Position numbers and translations under genes: made by a program
DNA from: Spirochaetia bacterium
GTDB lineage: Bacteria; Spirochaetota; Spirochaetia; SZUA-6; Bin103
Length of the DNA stretch: 64,000 nt
Assembly (NCBI GenBank): GCA_965203905.1
Contig: CBDBDQ010000005.1
Coordinates: forward strand, 896,001 to 960,000
Direction of reading: 5' to 3'
Part shown: positions 20,103 to 28,175 of the stretch, in pieces
Layout of the letters: every line of letters begins with the position of its first letter
Numbering within the stretch: position 1 is the first letter of the stretch
Notes under the pieces: generated by a model
What the model was told of the DNA's origin: nothing
What the model saw: only the letters and a program-made list of their open reading frames with translations
Databases searched by the model: none

Positions 20103-20480
20103 ATGTGCTATCGAGAGCAACTACCGAACGGATGTCCGCCCGACAACGCAGAGGAGATCTCGGAACGACGGGAGGTATTTCGCTTGGTGCGGACCAGACC
20201 ACCGACCGATGACGACTTCAGATCGCAACGCGCCGAAAAGCCGACCCACAGATTCCCCGGTGTCACCGAGTGCGAAGCGCGTGGGCTGTCTGTTCACACC
20301 GAGCGCCGGGATTCTGAACAAGCTTCGAAGCTACCCAACCTACGCGGTCGCTTTGTCTGTCGACTGAGGCTGGAAGCGGGCGCAGGTTGCATTCTACAGA
20401 CTCGAAGGCCTTCCCATCACACTTGGTGGCCACTAGCGGATTTCGATATTCTAAGTCGCTGTACCCTGGAAACCCTATGA
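20103..20480 (+). CDS. Small hypothetical protein with ADP-ribosyltransferase-like motif spacing
   Basis: 125 aa, lower GC; VFRLV (R), ARGLSV (S), SHHTWW; ATGA-coupled to next gene. Confidence 0.55.
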   Translation: MCYREQLPNGCPPDNAEEISERREVFRLVRTRPPTDDDFRSQRAEKPTHRFPGVTECEARGLSVHTERRDSEQASKLPNLRGRFVCRLRLEAGAGCILQTRRPSHHTWWPLADFDILSRCTLETL

Positions 20481-21622
20481 AGACCGTCAGAGCTATCAAT
20501 ACACTCTACTATTACGACGGGCCGCAAGTTATTGAAGCTCGCGATACCATCGGAGGCCACTATGTGGCGGTGATGGTAGAACCGCAGGAGGAACACGATC
20601 GGTACCTCGTTGCGGGTGTTCCTCCAGAGCGGTTGCGTCGATTCCGTTGCGGGACACTCGACTTGCGCTCGTTGTTGGCTGATGCGGGCGACGACGAATG
20701 GTATCTCGCATCGGGCCCCACGGACCTAGACCAACTCATGGCACTTGAACCGCAGAGCAGATCGCTCGTCGAAAGTGGACTTATGCCGGACGAAGGCTTT
20801 GTATTGCATGAGAATTCTACCGACGATCTCGCGCTCAACGAAGCGCGGATGCGAAACAACCTTGTACTTGAGGTTACCGCTGACCCTCCCGAGGCCATAG
20901 GCGAACACCGTATTAGAGTGAGTACATACACGGGATTGTTGAACTATGTTCAAACTATCGTAAGGCACGCCTATAGAGTGTCTCTTCGAGGTCTTTCTGC
21001 TGGAAATCGGAGTAGACTGTATTCAGATGAAGCTCACCTAATGGACGTGGTAATTCCGGCCTCTGCCGGTTCGTTTCGTGTAGTGCTCGAAGCGTCTCAA
21101 ACACCCGATATGTTCGGTTTGGTGGAGCTATCTCGTGCTCTACAGCGAATGGACCTGCTCTTCGATCATACAAATAGCCCGCAAGATACTCTTGCCATAC
21201 TAAGGGAACATCGTGGTCACTTGGCAGGTTCATATTTGCGTCTATTGAACTTCCTTGTCCAGCACAATACCAGTCTCAGCTATTCATGGGCAGAGCCGAT
21301 TTCTACCCGGGCAAGCTACAGATCAGTATCAGAATCCCAGGCTATTTCGTTAGTGGATGTTCTTTCGGGAGTATCGAATTTGGGCAGTGAGCCAGTAACA
21401 CTCGTTGGCGAATTTGAGAGAGTTAATCGCCATGGAGGCTCCTGGGGGATACTCACGGAAGACGGAGTCCGTTCCGGAAAGATCAAGGATGGCGGACCGA
21501 GTTTGAACGGTCTAAGAGTAGGTGGACGTTACAGGTTTCACTGTATCGAGGAAATCGAAGGAATGGAAGCCACCGGGCGCGAATCTCGGACGCTATACTT
21601 AAACGAATACGAATCCGTATAA
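20477..21622 (+). CDS. DUF6575-like N-terminal domain protein with unknown C-terminal region
   Basis: Start MKTVRAIN at 20477; LYYYDGP...YLVAGVPPERLRRFRCGTLDLRSLL resembles DUF6575; AGSF motif further on; low GC. Confidence 0.6.
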   Translation: MKTVRAINTLYYYDGPQVIEARDTIGGHYVAVMVEPQEEHDRYLVAGVPPERLRRFRCGTLDLRSLLADAGDDEWYLASGPTDLDQLMALEPQSRSLVESGLMPDEGFVLHENSTDDLALNEARMRNNLVLEVTADPPEAIGEHRIRVSTYTGLLNYVQTIVRHAYRVSLRGLSAGNRSRLYSDEAHLMDVVIPASAGSFRVVLEASQTPDMFGLVELSRALQRMDLLFDHTNSPQDTLAILREHRGHLAGSYLRLLNFLVQHNTSLSYSWAEPISTRASYRSVSESQAISLVDVLSGVSNLGSEPVTLVGEFERVNRHGGSWGILTEDGVRSGKIKDGGPSLNGLRVGGRYRFHCIEEIEGMEATGRESRTLYLNEYESV

Positions 21623-21730
21623 ACTCAATATAGACACGTAACGGTGAAGCCCGAGGCGTGCAATTCGTCTGTATGATTCCTCTGCTTCTTGACCGTGGTG
21701 CAAGACACCGCTCTATAGTCTATCAGGACG

Positions 21731-21864
21731 CCCTGGCGGCCCTGGACAGCCGTCACCCTCAGCACCACATGGTTGTACACTGAGGAGTCGGCGGTGGAGC
21801 TGGCCGCCAAGGCGACGCGCAACGTGAGCGAGGTGCTGTGCGGCGGACCGACGGTGTACCCGGT
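21731..21864 (+). repeat. Degenerate copy of the dehydrogenase 3' end (source 18590-18725)
   Basis: ccctggcggccctggaca...gaggagtcggcggtggagctggcc...aacgtgagcgaggtgctgtgcggc...ggtgtacccggt in both places, with indels. Confidence 0.92.
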
Positions 21865-21870
21865 TATTTG

Positions 21871-21910
21871 GACATATATTGCAATAAGTAGACGTATATG
21901 TCATTATAAC
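21871..21910 (+). promoter_or_regulatory. AbiE promoter/operator with 8-bp inverted repeat
   Basis: GACATATA (21871-21878) / TATATGTC (21895-21902); TTGCAA-17-CATTAT just upstream of ATG 21914. Confidence 0.55.
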
Positions 21911-21913
21911 GTG

Positions 21914-22546
21914 ATGAAACTGGCCGGTCTCCTGGAGCGCGTGCCACCCAATGGGCTGTTCCGCACGGGACAGATCCTGGCGGGGGAAAGCGCCCCGGCG
22001 CACGTGAGAAGGCAGTTGGACCGCTGGGTCAAGGGCGGCCGGGTGCTGCGGCTCCGGCGTGGGGTGTATCTGCTCGCGCCGCCGTACGCCGCTACGCCCG
22101 CACATCCGTTCGCCATCGCCGGCGCGCTGCAGCGCGCTTCGTACGTCAGCCTGCACTCGGCCCTGGCCTACTACGGGATGATTCCCGAGCACGTACCGGT
22201 GACCACCAGCGTCACCGGCGGGCGACCGGAGGAGCTTTCCACTCCGCGCGGCCGGTACCAGTTTCGTCACCTGGCCCCACGCCACCTGTTCGGCTTCGCC
22301 GAGGTGGAGGTCGCGCGCGACCAGCGGGTGCTGCTGGCCGGGCCGGAGAAGGCACTCGCCGACCTGCTGTACCTGACCCCGCACTGCGACCGGGTTCCCT
22401 ACCTGCGCGAGCTGCGTCTCGCCCCGGCCGACGCCCTTGAGCCGGCGAAGCTGCACGCCGCGGTGGCCAGAGCCGGGTCGCGCAAGGTAGCGCGTGCCGT
22501 GCGGCTCCTGCTCGGGCTGTGGCGCGACGAGGAGGCATGGCCGTGA
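21914..22546 (+). CDS. abiEi: Type IV TA antitoxin AbiEi-like
   Basis: wHTH RLRRGVYLL, SYVSLHSALAYYGMIPE, AGPEKALADLLY. Confidence 0.85.
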   Translation: MKLAGLLERVPPNGLFRTGQILAGESAPAHVRRQLDRWVKGGRVLRLRRGVYLLAPPYAATPAHPFAIAGALQRASYVSLHSALAYYGMIPEHVPVTTSVTGGRPEELSTPRGRYQFRHLAPRHLFGFAEVEVARDQRVLLAGPEKALADLLYLTPHCDRVPYLRELRLAPADALEPAKLHAAVARAGSRKVARAVRLLLGLWRDEEAWP

Positions 22547-23361
22547 AGACGCTGCTTATGGATCTGCTGGCGGATCAGCCCGACGGCTTCCAGGCGCGCA
22601 GCACGGCCCGGGAGTACCTGCAGGCGCGCATCCTGCTGGCGCTCCAGGACCATGGCGCGTTCACGGACTGGGCGTTCCTCGGCGGGACGGCACTGCGCTT
22701 CCTGTATCGGCTGCCGCGCTACTCAGAGGATCTCGACTTCTCGCTGGCGACCCCGGGTGCAGATGCCAGGTTCGAGCGGCTGATGCACGCCGTGCGCAAC
22801 GACCTTGCGGCCGAGGCCTACGCGGTGGAGGTGACGGTTCGTACCCGACAGGCAGTCGCGATCGGGATGGTGAGATTTCGCGGATTGCTGCATGAGGTGG
22901 GACTCTCGCCGCACGCCGCCGAGGTGCTCAGGATCAGAGTCGACCTCGATACCAATCCCCCCGCCGGCGCCGCTGTGGAGACCCGTGTCGTGCGCCGGTT
23001 CGGAATGCTCAACCTGCTGCACTACGACCGCGCGTCGCTGCTCGCCGGCAAGCTGCACGCGGTGCTCGCGCGCGGCTATACCAAGGGGCGAGACCTCTAC
23101 GACCTCGCCTGGTATCTCTCCGATCCGGAGTGGCCGGCCCCGAACCTCACCCTGCTGAACAACGCGCTGCGGCAAACGGGGTGGACCGGCCCCGAGGCCA
23201 CTCCGGACACCTGGCGTGAGCTGATCGCGGAACGACTTCGCTCCGTGGATTGGCAGGCCGCGCGCCAGGACGTGTCGCCGTTCCTGGAACGGGCGGAAGA
23301 GGTGCGGCTGGTGTCCAGTGAGGTGCTGCTGCCGCTCCTGCGACCGCGGACGCCGGGTTAG
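22537..23361 (+). CDS. abiEii: AbiEii/AbiGii nucleotidyltransferase toxin
   Basis: FLGGTALR...RYSEDLDF, AGKLHA, KGRDLYD; GGAGG RBS. Confidence 0.9.
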   Translation: MAVKTLLMDLLADQPDGFQARSTAREYLQARILLALQDHGAFTDWAFLGGTALRFLYRLPRYSEDLDFSLATPGADARFERLMHAVRNDLAAEAYAVEVTVRTRQAVAIGMVRFRGLLHEVGLSPHAAEVLRIRVDLDTNPPAGAAVETRVVRRFGMLNLLHYDRASLLAGKLHAVLARGYTKGRDLYDLAWYLSDPEWPAPNLTLLNNALRQTGWTGPEATPDTWRELIAERLRSVDWQAARQDVSPFLERAEEVRLVSSEVLLPLLRPRTPG

Positions 23362-23377
23362 CGCCCCGAAACCGTCG

Positions 23378-23454
23378 CCTGCCGGCGCCGCTATCGGCCC
23401 AGCCCGCCTACCGTACGGAGTCCTGCCGGCGCCGCTATCGGCCCAGCCCCGCCT
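23378..23454 (+). repeat. 32/33-bp direct repeat spanning the PhyH-family gene stop codon
   Basis: cctgccggcgccgctatcggcccagccc(c)gcct at 23378-23409 and 23422-23454. Confidence 0.88.
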
Positions 23455-24217
23455 GCGCGGACTGTTGCACGCTGGGCTGGCGGCCGCCGATGCTGGGCGG
23501 CTGCATGATGCGTTTGCGCTGCTCGGTAAGCTCGAACTCGGCGTAGTCGCTGATGCGGTAGCCCCGCTGGGCCCAGGTCGAGTGCCCGGGTGAATACTTG
23601 TACAGCAGGGAGCGCCGCTGGTGTGCGGCGGTCCACGGCATGGTGCCGTGGATCAGCGCTTCGGTGAAGATCAGCAGGTCGCCGGCCGCCAGCGGCGGCT
23701 GCACCACGTAGTGCGGGCGGCGCTCGAAGCTGCGCACGTCCGGCGGCAGCTTGTCGATGAAGTTGCTCTTGTGGCTGCCCGGCACGCAGGCGAAGCCGCC
23801 GTCGCCCTCCCCCACCTCGGTCAGGTTGAAGACGAACACGGTCAGCCCGTTGCGCATCACGCCGTCGTGGTAGCGGTACCAGTGGTCGCCGGCGGCGTGG
23901 ACCGGGTGCGAGCCGCCGTGCAGGCCGCCGCGTGTGTCGCCGCGGCGCATGAAGAGGCAGTAGTCGTGGTCGATGCGGAAGTAGGGGCCGACCAGCTCCA
24001 GCAGGTAGGGAACGACCTTCGGGTGATCGATCAGGTCCACCAGCGGCTGGCCCCAGAGGCTGCACTGGTGCGCCTCCCAGTCCTCCAACGGCGCGGAGTA
24101 GCGCGCGGACTTCTCGTCCGCGATGGCATTGAGCGTCGCCAGCTCGGCAGCGCTCAACACGCCCGGTACCACGAGGAAACCCTGAAGGTCGAACAGAAAG
24201 CGCTGCTCGTCGTTCAT
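23435..24217 (-). CDS. Phytanoyl-CoA dioxygenase (PhyH) family protein
   Basis: MNDEQRFLFDLQGFLV, LHGG, GGFACVPGSHK, FTEALIHGT, RRSLLYKYSP. Confidence 0.9.
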   Translation of the reverse strand: MNDEQRFLFDLQGFLVVPGVLSAAELATLNAIADEKSARYSAPLEDWEAHQCSLWGQPLVDLIDHPKVVPYLLELVGPYFRIDHDYCLFMRRGDTRGGLHGGSHPVHAAGDHWYRYHDGVMRNGLTVFVFNLTEVGEGDGGFACVPGSHKSNFIDKLPPDVRSFERRPHYVVQPPLAAGDLLIFTEALIHGTMPWTAAHQRRSLLYKYSPGHSTWAQRGYRISDYAEFELTEQRKRIMQPPSIGGRQPSVQQSAQAGLGR

Positions 24218-24312
24218 GGGGCCAGCGTAGACCCGCCGGGTGGCGGGGTCAACGATCCGGCCGGCAGCCCGCGGCGCCATCGGGTACCATGCGCCGTGGA
24301 GGCGACACACAC

Positions 24313-25416
24313 GTGAAAATCACCAATGTAAGGGTCGATCTGTGCAACTGGCACACGGAGCCGTGGACGACGGGGTCGGGAACCAACTTCGGGGGCACGG
24401 TGCAGCTCGGCGTGGTCACCGTGGAGACCGACGCCGGCATCAGCGGCAATGCATTCATGGGATCCTCCATGGCCGGCGCCGAGCACTACGTCCGCGAGCT
24501 GATCCAGTTCGGCAAGCCGCTGCTGATGGGCAGCGACCCGCAGGACATCGGCAGTCTCTGGTGGCGCATGTGGAAGCGCAACCGCGCAATGTCGACGCAC
24601 GTGATCGGCGCGCTCGACGTATGCCTGTGGGACATCAACGGCAAGCTCGCCGGGCAGCCGATCCACCGCCTGCTCGGCACCTGCAAGCACGCGGTGCCGG
24701 CCTACTCCAGCACCGCCTACCACGCCACCAGCGAGGAGTACGCGGAGGAGGCGCTACGCTTCCAGCAGAGCGGCTGGACCGCGCACAAGCTGCACCCGCA
24801 CGGCGAGCCGCGCGCCGACGTGGCGATCTGCGCCGCGGTGCGCGACGCGGTGGGCGACGACACGGTCCTGATGCTGGACGCCATGTGGGCCTACCAGTAC
24901 GCCGACGCGCTGCGCGTGGGGCGCGCCATCGAGGAGCTGGGATTCTACTGGTACGAGGACCCGCTGGTGGAGGAGGACCTCTACAGCTACGTCAAGCTGT
25001 TGCAGAAGCTGGACATCCCGATCATGTCCACCGAGTTCGCGCCGGGCCGCTTCTACGGCATGGCGGCCTGGATTACCCGCTACGCCACCGACATCCTGCG
25101 CGGCGACGTGGCGATCACCGGGGGCATCACCCCGCTGGTGCGGCAGTGCCACCTGGCGGAGGGGTTCAACATGCGCTGCGAGATCCACCACGGCGGCAAC
25201 AGCCTAGCCAACGTGGCCAACCTGCACGTGACCATGGCGGTGCCCAACTGCGAGTTCTACGAGTTCTTTCCCTGCACCGGGGCCCTCCAGTACGGCCTGG
25301 AGCAGGAGATCGAGGTGGACGAGCGCGGCCTGGTGCACGCGCCGACCGAGCCGGGCCTCGGCTACCGCATCGACTGGGAGCTGCTGAAGCGGCGGCGCAC
25401 CGCCACCGTCGAGTAG
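24313..25416 (+). CDS. Mandelate racemase/muconate lactonizing enzyme family (enolase superfamily)
   Basis: ALDVCLWDINGK, KLH, LMLD, WYEDP, STE, GGIT, PGLG. Confidence 0.9.
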   Translation: MKITNVRVDLCNWHTEPWTTGSGTNFGGTVQLGVVTVETDAGISGNAFMGSSMAGAEHYVRELIQFGKPLLMGSDPQDIGSLWWRMWKRNRAMSTHVIGALDVCLWDINGKLAGQPIHRLLGTCKHAVPAYSSTAYHATSEEYAEEALRFQQSGWTAHKLHPHGEPRADVAICAAVRDAVGDDTVLMLDAMWAYQYADALRVGRAIEELGFYWYEDPLVEEDLYSYVKLLQKLDIPIMSTEFAPGRFYGMAAWITRYATDILRGDVAITGGITPLVRQCHLAEGFNMRCEIHHGGNSLANVANLHVTMAVPNCEFYEFFPCTGALQYGLEQEIEVDERGLVHAPTEPGLGYRIDWELLKRRRTATVE

Positions 25417-25438
25417 GACGCGGACGCATCGCGACGTT

Positions 25439-25783
25439 CTACGTAGCGGCCGGTCGATTCGTCATGCAGAGCCCATTTTCATCTTCCGAGTCGGGGCGTC
25501 CGGCGGGATCGCCTTCGGGAACATCGCGCGAACCGCCGAACGCTACCAGAGCCATGTTGCGCACCGCCAGCATTTCGCCGGTAAGCCGAAGCGGGATGCG
25601 CCGGCGCGAGGGAGCCTCGATCAGCTTCTCCGGACTGACGAAGAAGATACGCTTGGGCGGGTGCAACTCGGTACCGACGGCGAGTTCGACCATCCCGCCA
25701 GCAGCCAGCCGGTCGGTGTCGCGCTCATCGAGCGCCCACGCCTCGGACGCATCTACGAGCACGCGCCGCAACCGGTGCCACAC
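25439..25783 (-). pseudogene. Probably 5'-truncated hypothetical gene fused behind the broken DUF5615 gene
   Basis: Reads as coding (VGTELHPPKRIFFV) but begins at the junction where DUF5615 similarity stops. Confidence 0.35.
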
Positions 25784-26009
25784 TCCCTTGGAGTAGTTTC
25801 GCTGCCGGGGCTCCGAGCACCAGGCTCATCTGGTGGAAGTCCGCATCCTTCGAGACCAATGTGAACCCATGCTGTTTGGCGTATTCCCATAACGCGAGGT
25901 CATCCGCACGCGAAAGACCGACTGCTCGAATGTGTTGGGATCCCGGGAATAGATGCTTGATCTCGTCGACCAGGCGCGGCGCCAGGTTCTGATCGAAGAG
26001 CAGCTTCAC
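25725..26009 (-). pseudogene. DUF5615 PIN-like toxin, 3'-truncated
   Basis: MKLLFDQNL...DDLALWEYA...VSKDADF...LGAP, then unrelated tail from about 25805. Confidence 0.75.
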
Positions 26010-26233
26010 TCTGGCGGTATTGAAACCAGCCTGCGCTCGCGATCCGCGGCGAATTGCAGGCAGGCCCGAATGTCCGCAGCCTCCAGGTCCGGGAAGTCCT
26101 GAAGAATCTGCTGTTCAGTCATTCCCGACGCAAGGTACTCGAGTACGTCGTACACGGTGATCCGCAACCCACGGATACAGGGCTTGCCGCCGCGCTTGCC
26201 AGGCTCGATGGTGATCCGGTCCATGTGCGTCAT
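26006..26233 (-). CDS. DUF433 antitoxin
   Basis: RITIEPGKRGGKPCIRGLRITVYDVLEYLASG...DFPDL. Confidence 0.92.
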   Translation of the reverse strand: MTHMDRITIEPGKRGGKPCIRGLRITVYDVLEYLASGMTEQQILQDFPDLEAADIRACLQFAADRERRLVSIPPE

Positions 26234-26284
26234 GCGAACAGCATACAGCAACGGCCCCGAACGTGAGTGGCCCGCAGCCGGTCG

Positions 26285-27178
26285 TCAGCCTTTGAGGCTG
26301 CCGAGCACCATGCCCTTGACGAAGTAGCGCTGCAGGTAGGGGTACACCACCAGGATCGGCAGCGCGCCGATGAAGATCTGTGCCGACTTCACGGTGCGCT
26401 CGGAGATGTGCGCCAGCTCCTTCACCTCGGCGATGGTCAGGCTCTTGCGCATCGAGGTGTCGGGCAGGATCACGATGCTGCGCAGGAAGGTCTGCATCGG
26501 GTAGTTCTCCGGCGTGTTCATGAACACCATGCCGTCGAACCAGGAGTTCCAGTGCCGCACCGCCACGAACAGCGTCAGCGTGGCCAGCGCCGCCATCGAG
26601 GTAGGGATGTAGATCCGCCCCAGGATGGTCCAGTGGTTGGCCCCGTCCATGAACGCCGCCTCCTCCAGCTCGGTGGGGATGTTCCTGAAAAAATTGAGCA
26701 GGATGAGGACGTTGAACACCGGCACCCCGAACGGCGGCGGCAGCACCAGCGCCCAGATCGAGTCCAGCATCCCCAGTTGCTGGATCAGCATGTAGGTGGG
26801 GATCAGGCCGCCGGTGAACAGCATGGTGAAGAAGATGATCCACACGTAGAACGTGCGGCTGCGGAAGTTGCGCACGCTCTTGGACAGCGGGTAGGCGGCC
26901 AGGATGGTCAGCGCCATGTTGCTCGGCACCGCCAGCAGCAGCCGCTCCAGCGACACCACCATCGCGCGCCAGAACTCGTGGCGGCGCAGCACCACCTTGT
27001 AGGAGATCAGGTTGAACCCCTTGGGCCAGAAGCTCACCTCGCCGGCCATGGCGACGGTGCTCTTGCTCAGCGAGATGGCGAACACGTGGATGAACGGCAG
27101 CAGGCACAGGATCGCGGCCACCACCAGGAAGATGGGGTTGAAGACCGAGAACCAGTCCCGCTGCTTGGTCGATACCAC
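26285..27178 (-). CDS. Carbohydrate ABC transporter permease
   Basis: FTGGLIPTY, ELEEAAFMDGA (EAA), HWNSWF. Confidence 0.93.
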   Translation of the reverse strand: MVSTKQRDWFSVFNPIFLVVAAILCLLPFIHVFAISLSKSTVAMAGEVSFWPKGFNLISYKVVLRRHEFWRAMVVSLERLLLAVPSNMALTILAAYPLSKSVRNFRSRTFYVWIIFFTMLFTGGLIPTYMLIQQLGMLDSIWALVLPPPFGVPVFNVLILLNFFRNIPTELEEAAFMDGANHWTILGRIYIPTSMAALATLTLFVAVRHWNSWFDGMVFMNTPENYPMQTFLRSIVILPDTSMRKSLTIAEVKELAHISERTVKSAQIFIGALPILVVYPYLQRYFVKGMVLGSLKG

Positions 27179-27196
27179 GGTCGCGCCCCGATGCCC

Positions 27197-28096
27197 CTAA
27201 AAGACCCGGTAGTCGGCCAGGCGGTACGCCAGCACGTAGGACACGGAGATGAACAGCAGCGACACCACCGACTTGAACAGGCCGATGGCGGTGGAGGGGC
27301 CGAACTGCGCCTCCAGCAGGCCCAGGCGGTAGATCAGGGTGTCGAGGATGTCGCCGCTCTCATAGGTCTGCGGGCTGTACAGGTTGAAGATCTGCTCGAA
27401 GCCGGCGTTGAGCACGTCGCCCAGGTTGAGCACCGCGATCAGCACGATGATCATCGTCATTCCCGGCAGCGTGATGTGCCACATCTGGCGCCAGCGGCTG
27501 GCGCCGTCGATGTGCGCCGCCTCGTACTGCTGCGGATCGATGGTGGTGATCGCCGCCAGGTAGATGATGGTGCCGAAGCCGAACTCCTTCCACACGTGGG
27601 TCACCACCATGGTGAACTGGAACCAGTCGTTGTCCCCCAGAAAGAACACCGGTTCGATGCCGAAGGCGCCGAGCAGCCGGTTCAGCAGTCCGTAGCGCGG
27701 CGACAGGATGTCGATCAGCACCCCGGCCAGGATCACCCACGACAAAAAGTGCGGCAGGTAGATGCTGGTCTGGATCGTCTTCTTCAGCTTCACGTTGACC
27801 AGCTCGTTGATCAGCAGGGCAAATACGATCGGGGTGAGTTGCCCGAACACGATCTTGAGAAAGGCAATGACGATGGTGTTCTTGAGCGCCCGCAGCACCG
27901 ACGGCAGCTGGAACACGTAGGTGAAGTTCTCGAACCCCACCCACCTCTGGTCGCCGAACAGGCCACGCGCCGGAATGAAGCGCTGGAAGGCGATGACGAT
28001 GCCCGCCATCGGCACGTAGGAGAAGACGAAGATCACCAGCAACGGGGCGATCAGCATCAGGTGGAGGGGAAGCTCGCGCTTCAGGCGATGGTCCAT
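27197..28096 (-). CDS. Carbohydrate ABC transporter permease (LplB-like)
   Basis: YLPHFLSWV, YEAAHIDGASRW, DILDTLIY. Confidence 0.93.
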   Translation of the reverse strand: MDHRLKRELPLHLMLIAPLLVIFVFSYVPMAGIVIAFQRFIPARGLFGDQRWVGFENFTYVFQLPSVLRALKNTIVIAFLKIVFGQLTPIVFALLINELVNVKLKKTIQTSIYLPHFLSWVILAGVLIDILSPRYGLLNRLLGAFGIEPVFFLGDNDWFQFTMVVTHVWKEFGFGTIIYLAAITTIDPQQYEAAHIDGASRWRQMWHITLPGMTMIIVLIAVLNLGDVLNAGFEQIFNLYSPQTYESGDILDTLIYRLGLLEAQFGPSTAIGLFKSVVSLLFISVSYVLAYRLADYRVF

Positions 28097-28106
28097 GGAA
28101 GGAACG

Positions 28107-28155
28107 GGAGACCCCGCCGCCGGCCGCGACAGACGCGCGCGGCGGAAGGGTCTCC
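28107..28155. other. Intergenic stem-loop between binding-protein and permease genes
   Basis: ggagaccc-cgccgc ... gcggcgg-aa-gggtctcc. Confidence 0.5.
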
Positions 28156-28175
28156 GAATTACGCGGTGAACGTGC

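Noticed and set aside
21773-21913. N-terminal extension of AbiEi given by the ORF track (MYTEESAVELA...)
   Set aside because: It is the duplicated dehydrogenase fragment read in frame; promoter and operator lie within it, so ATG 21914 is preferred
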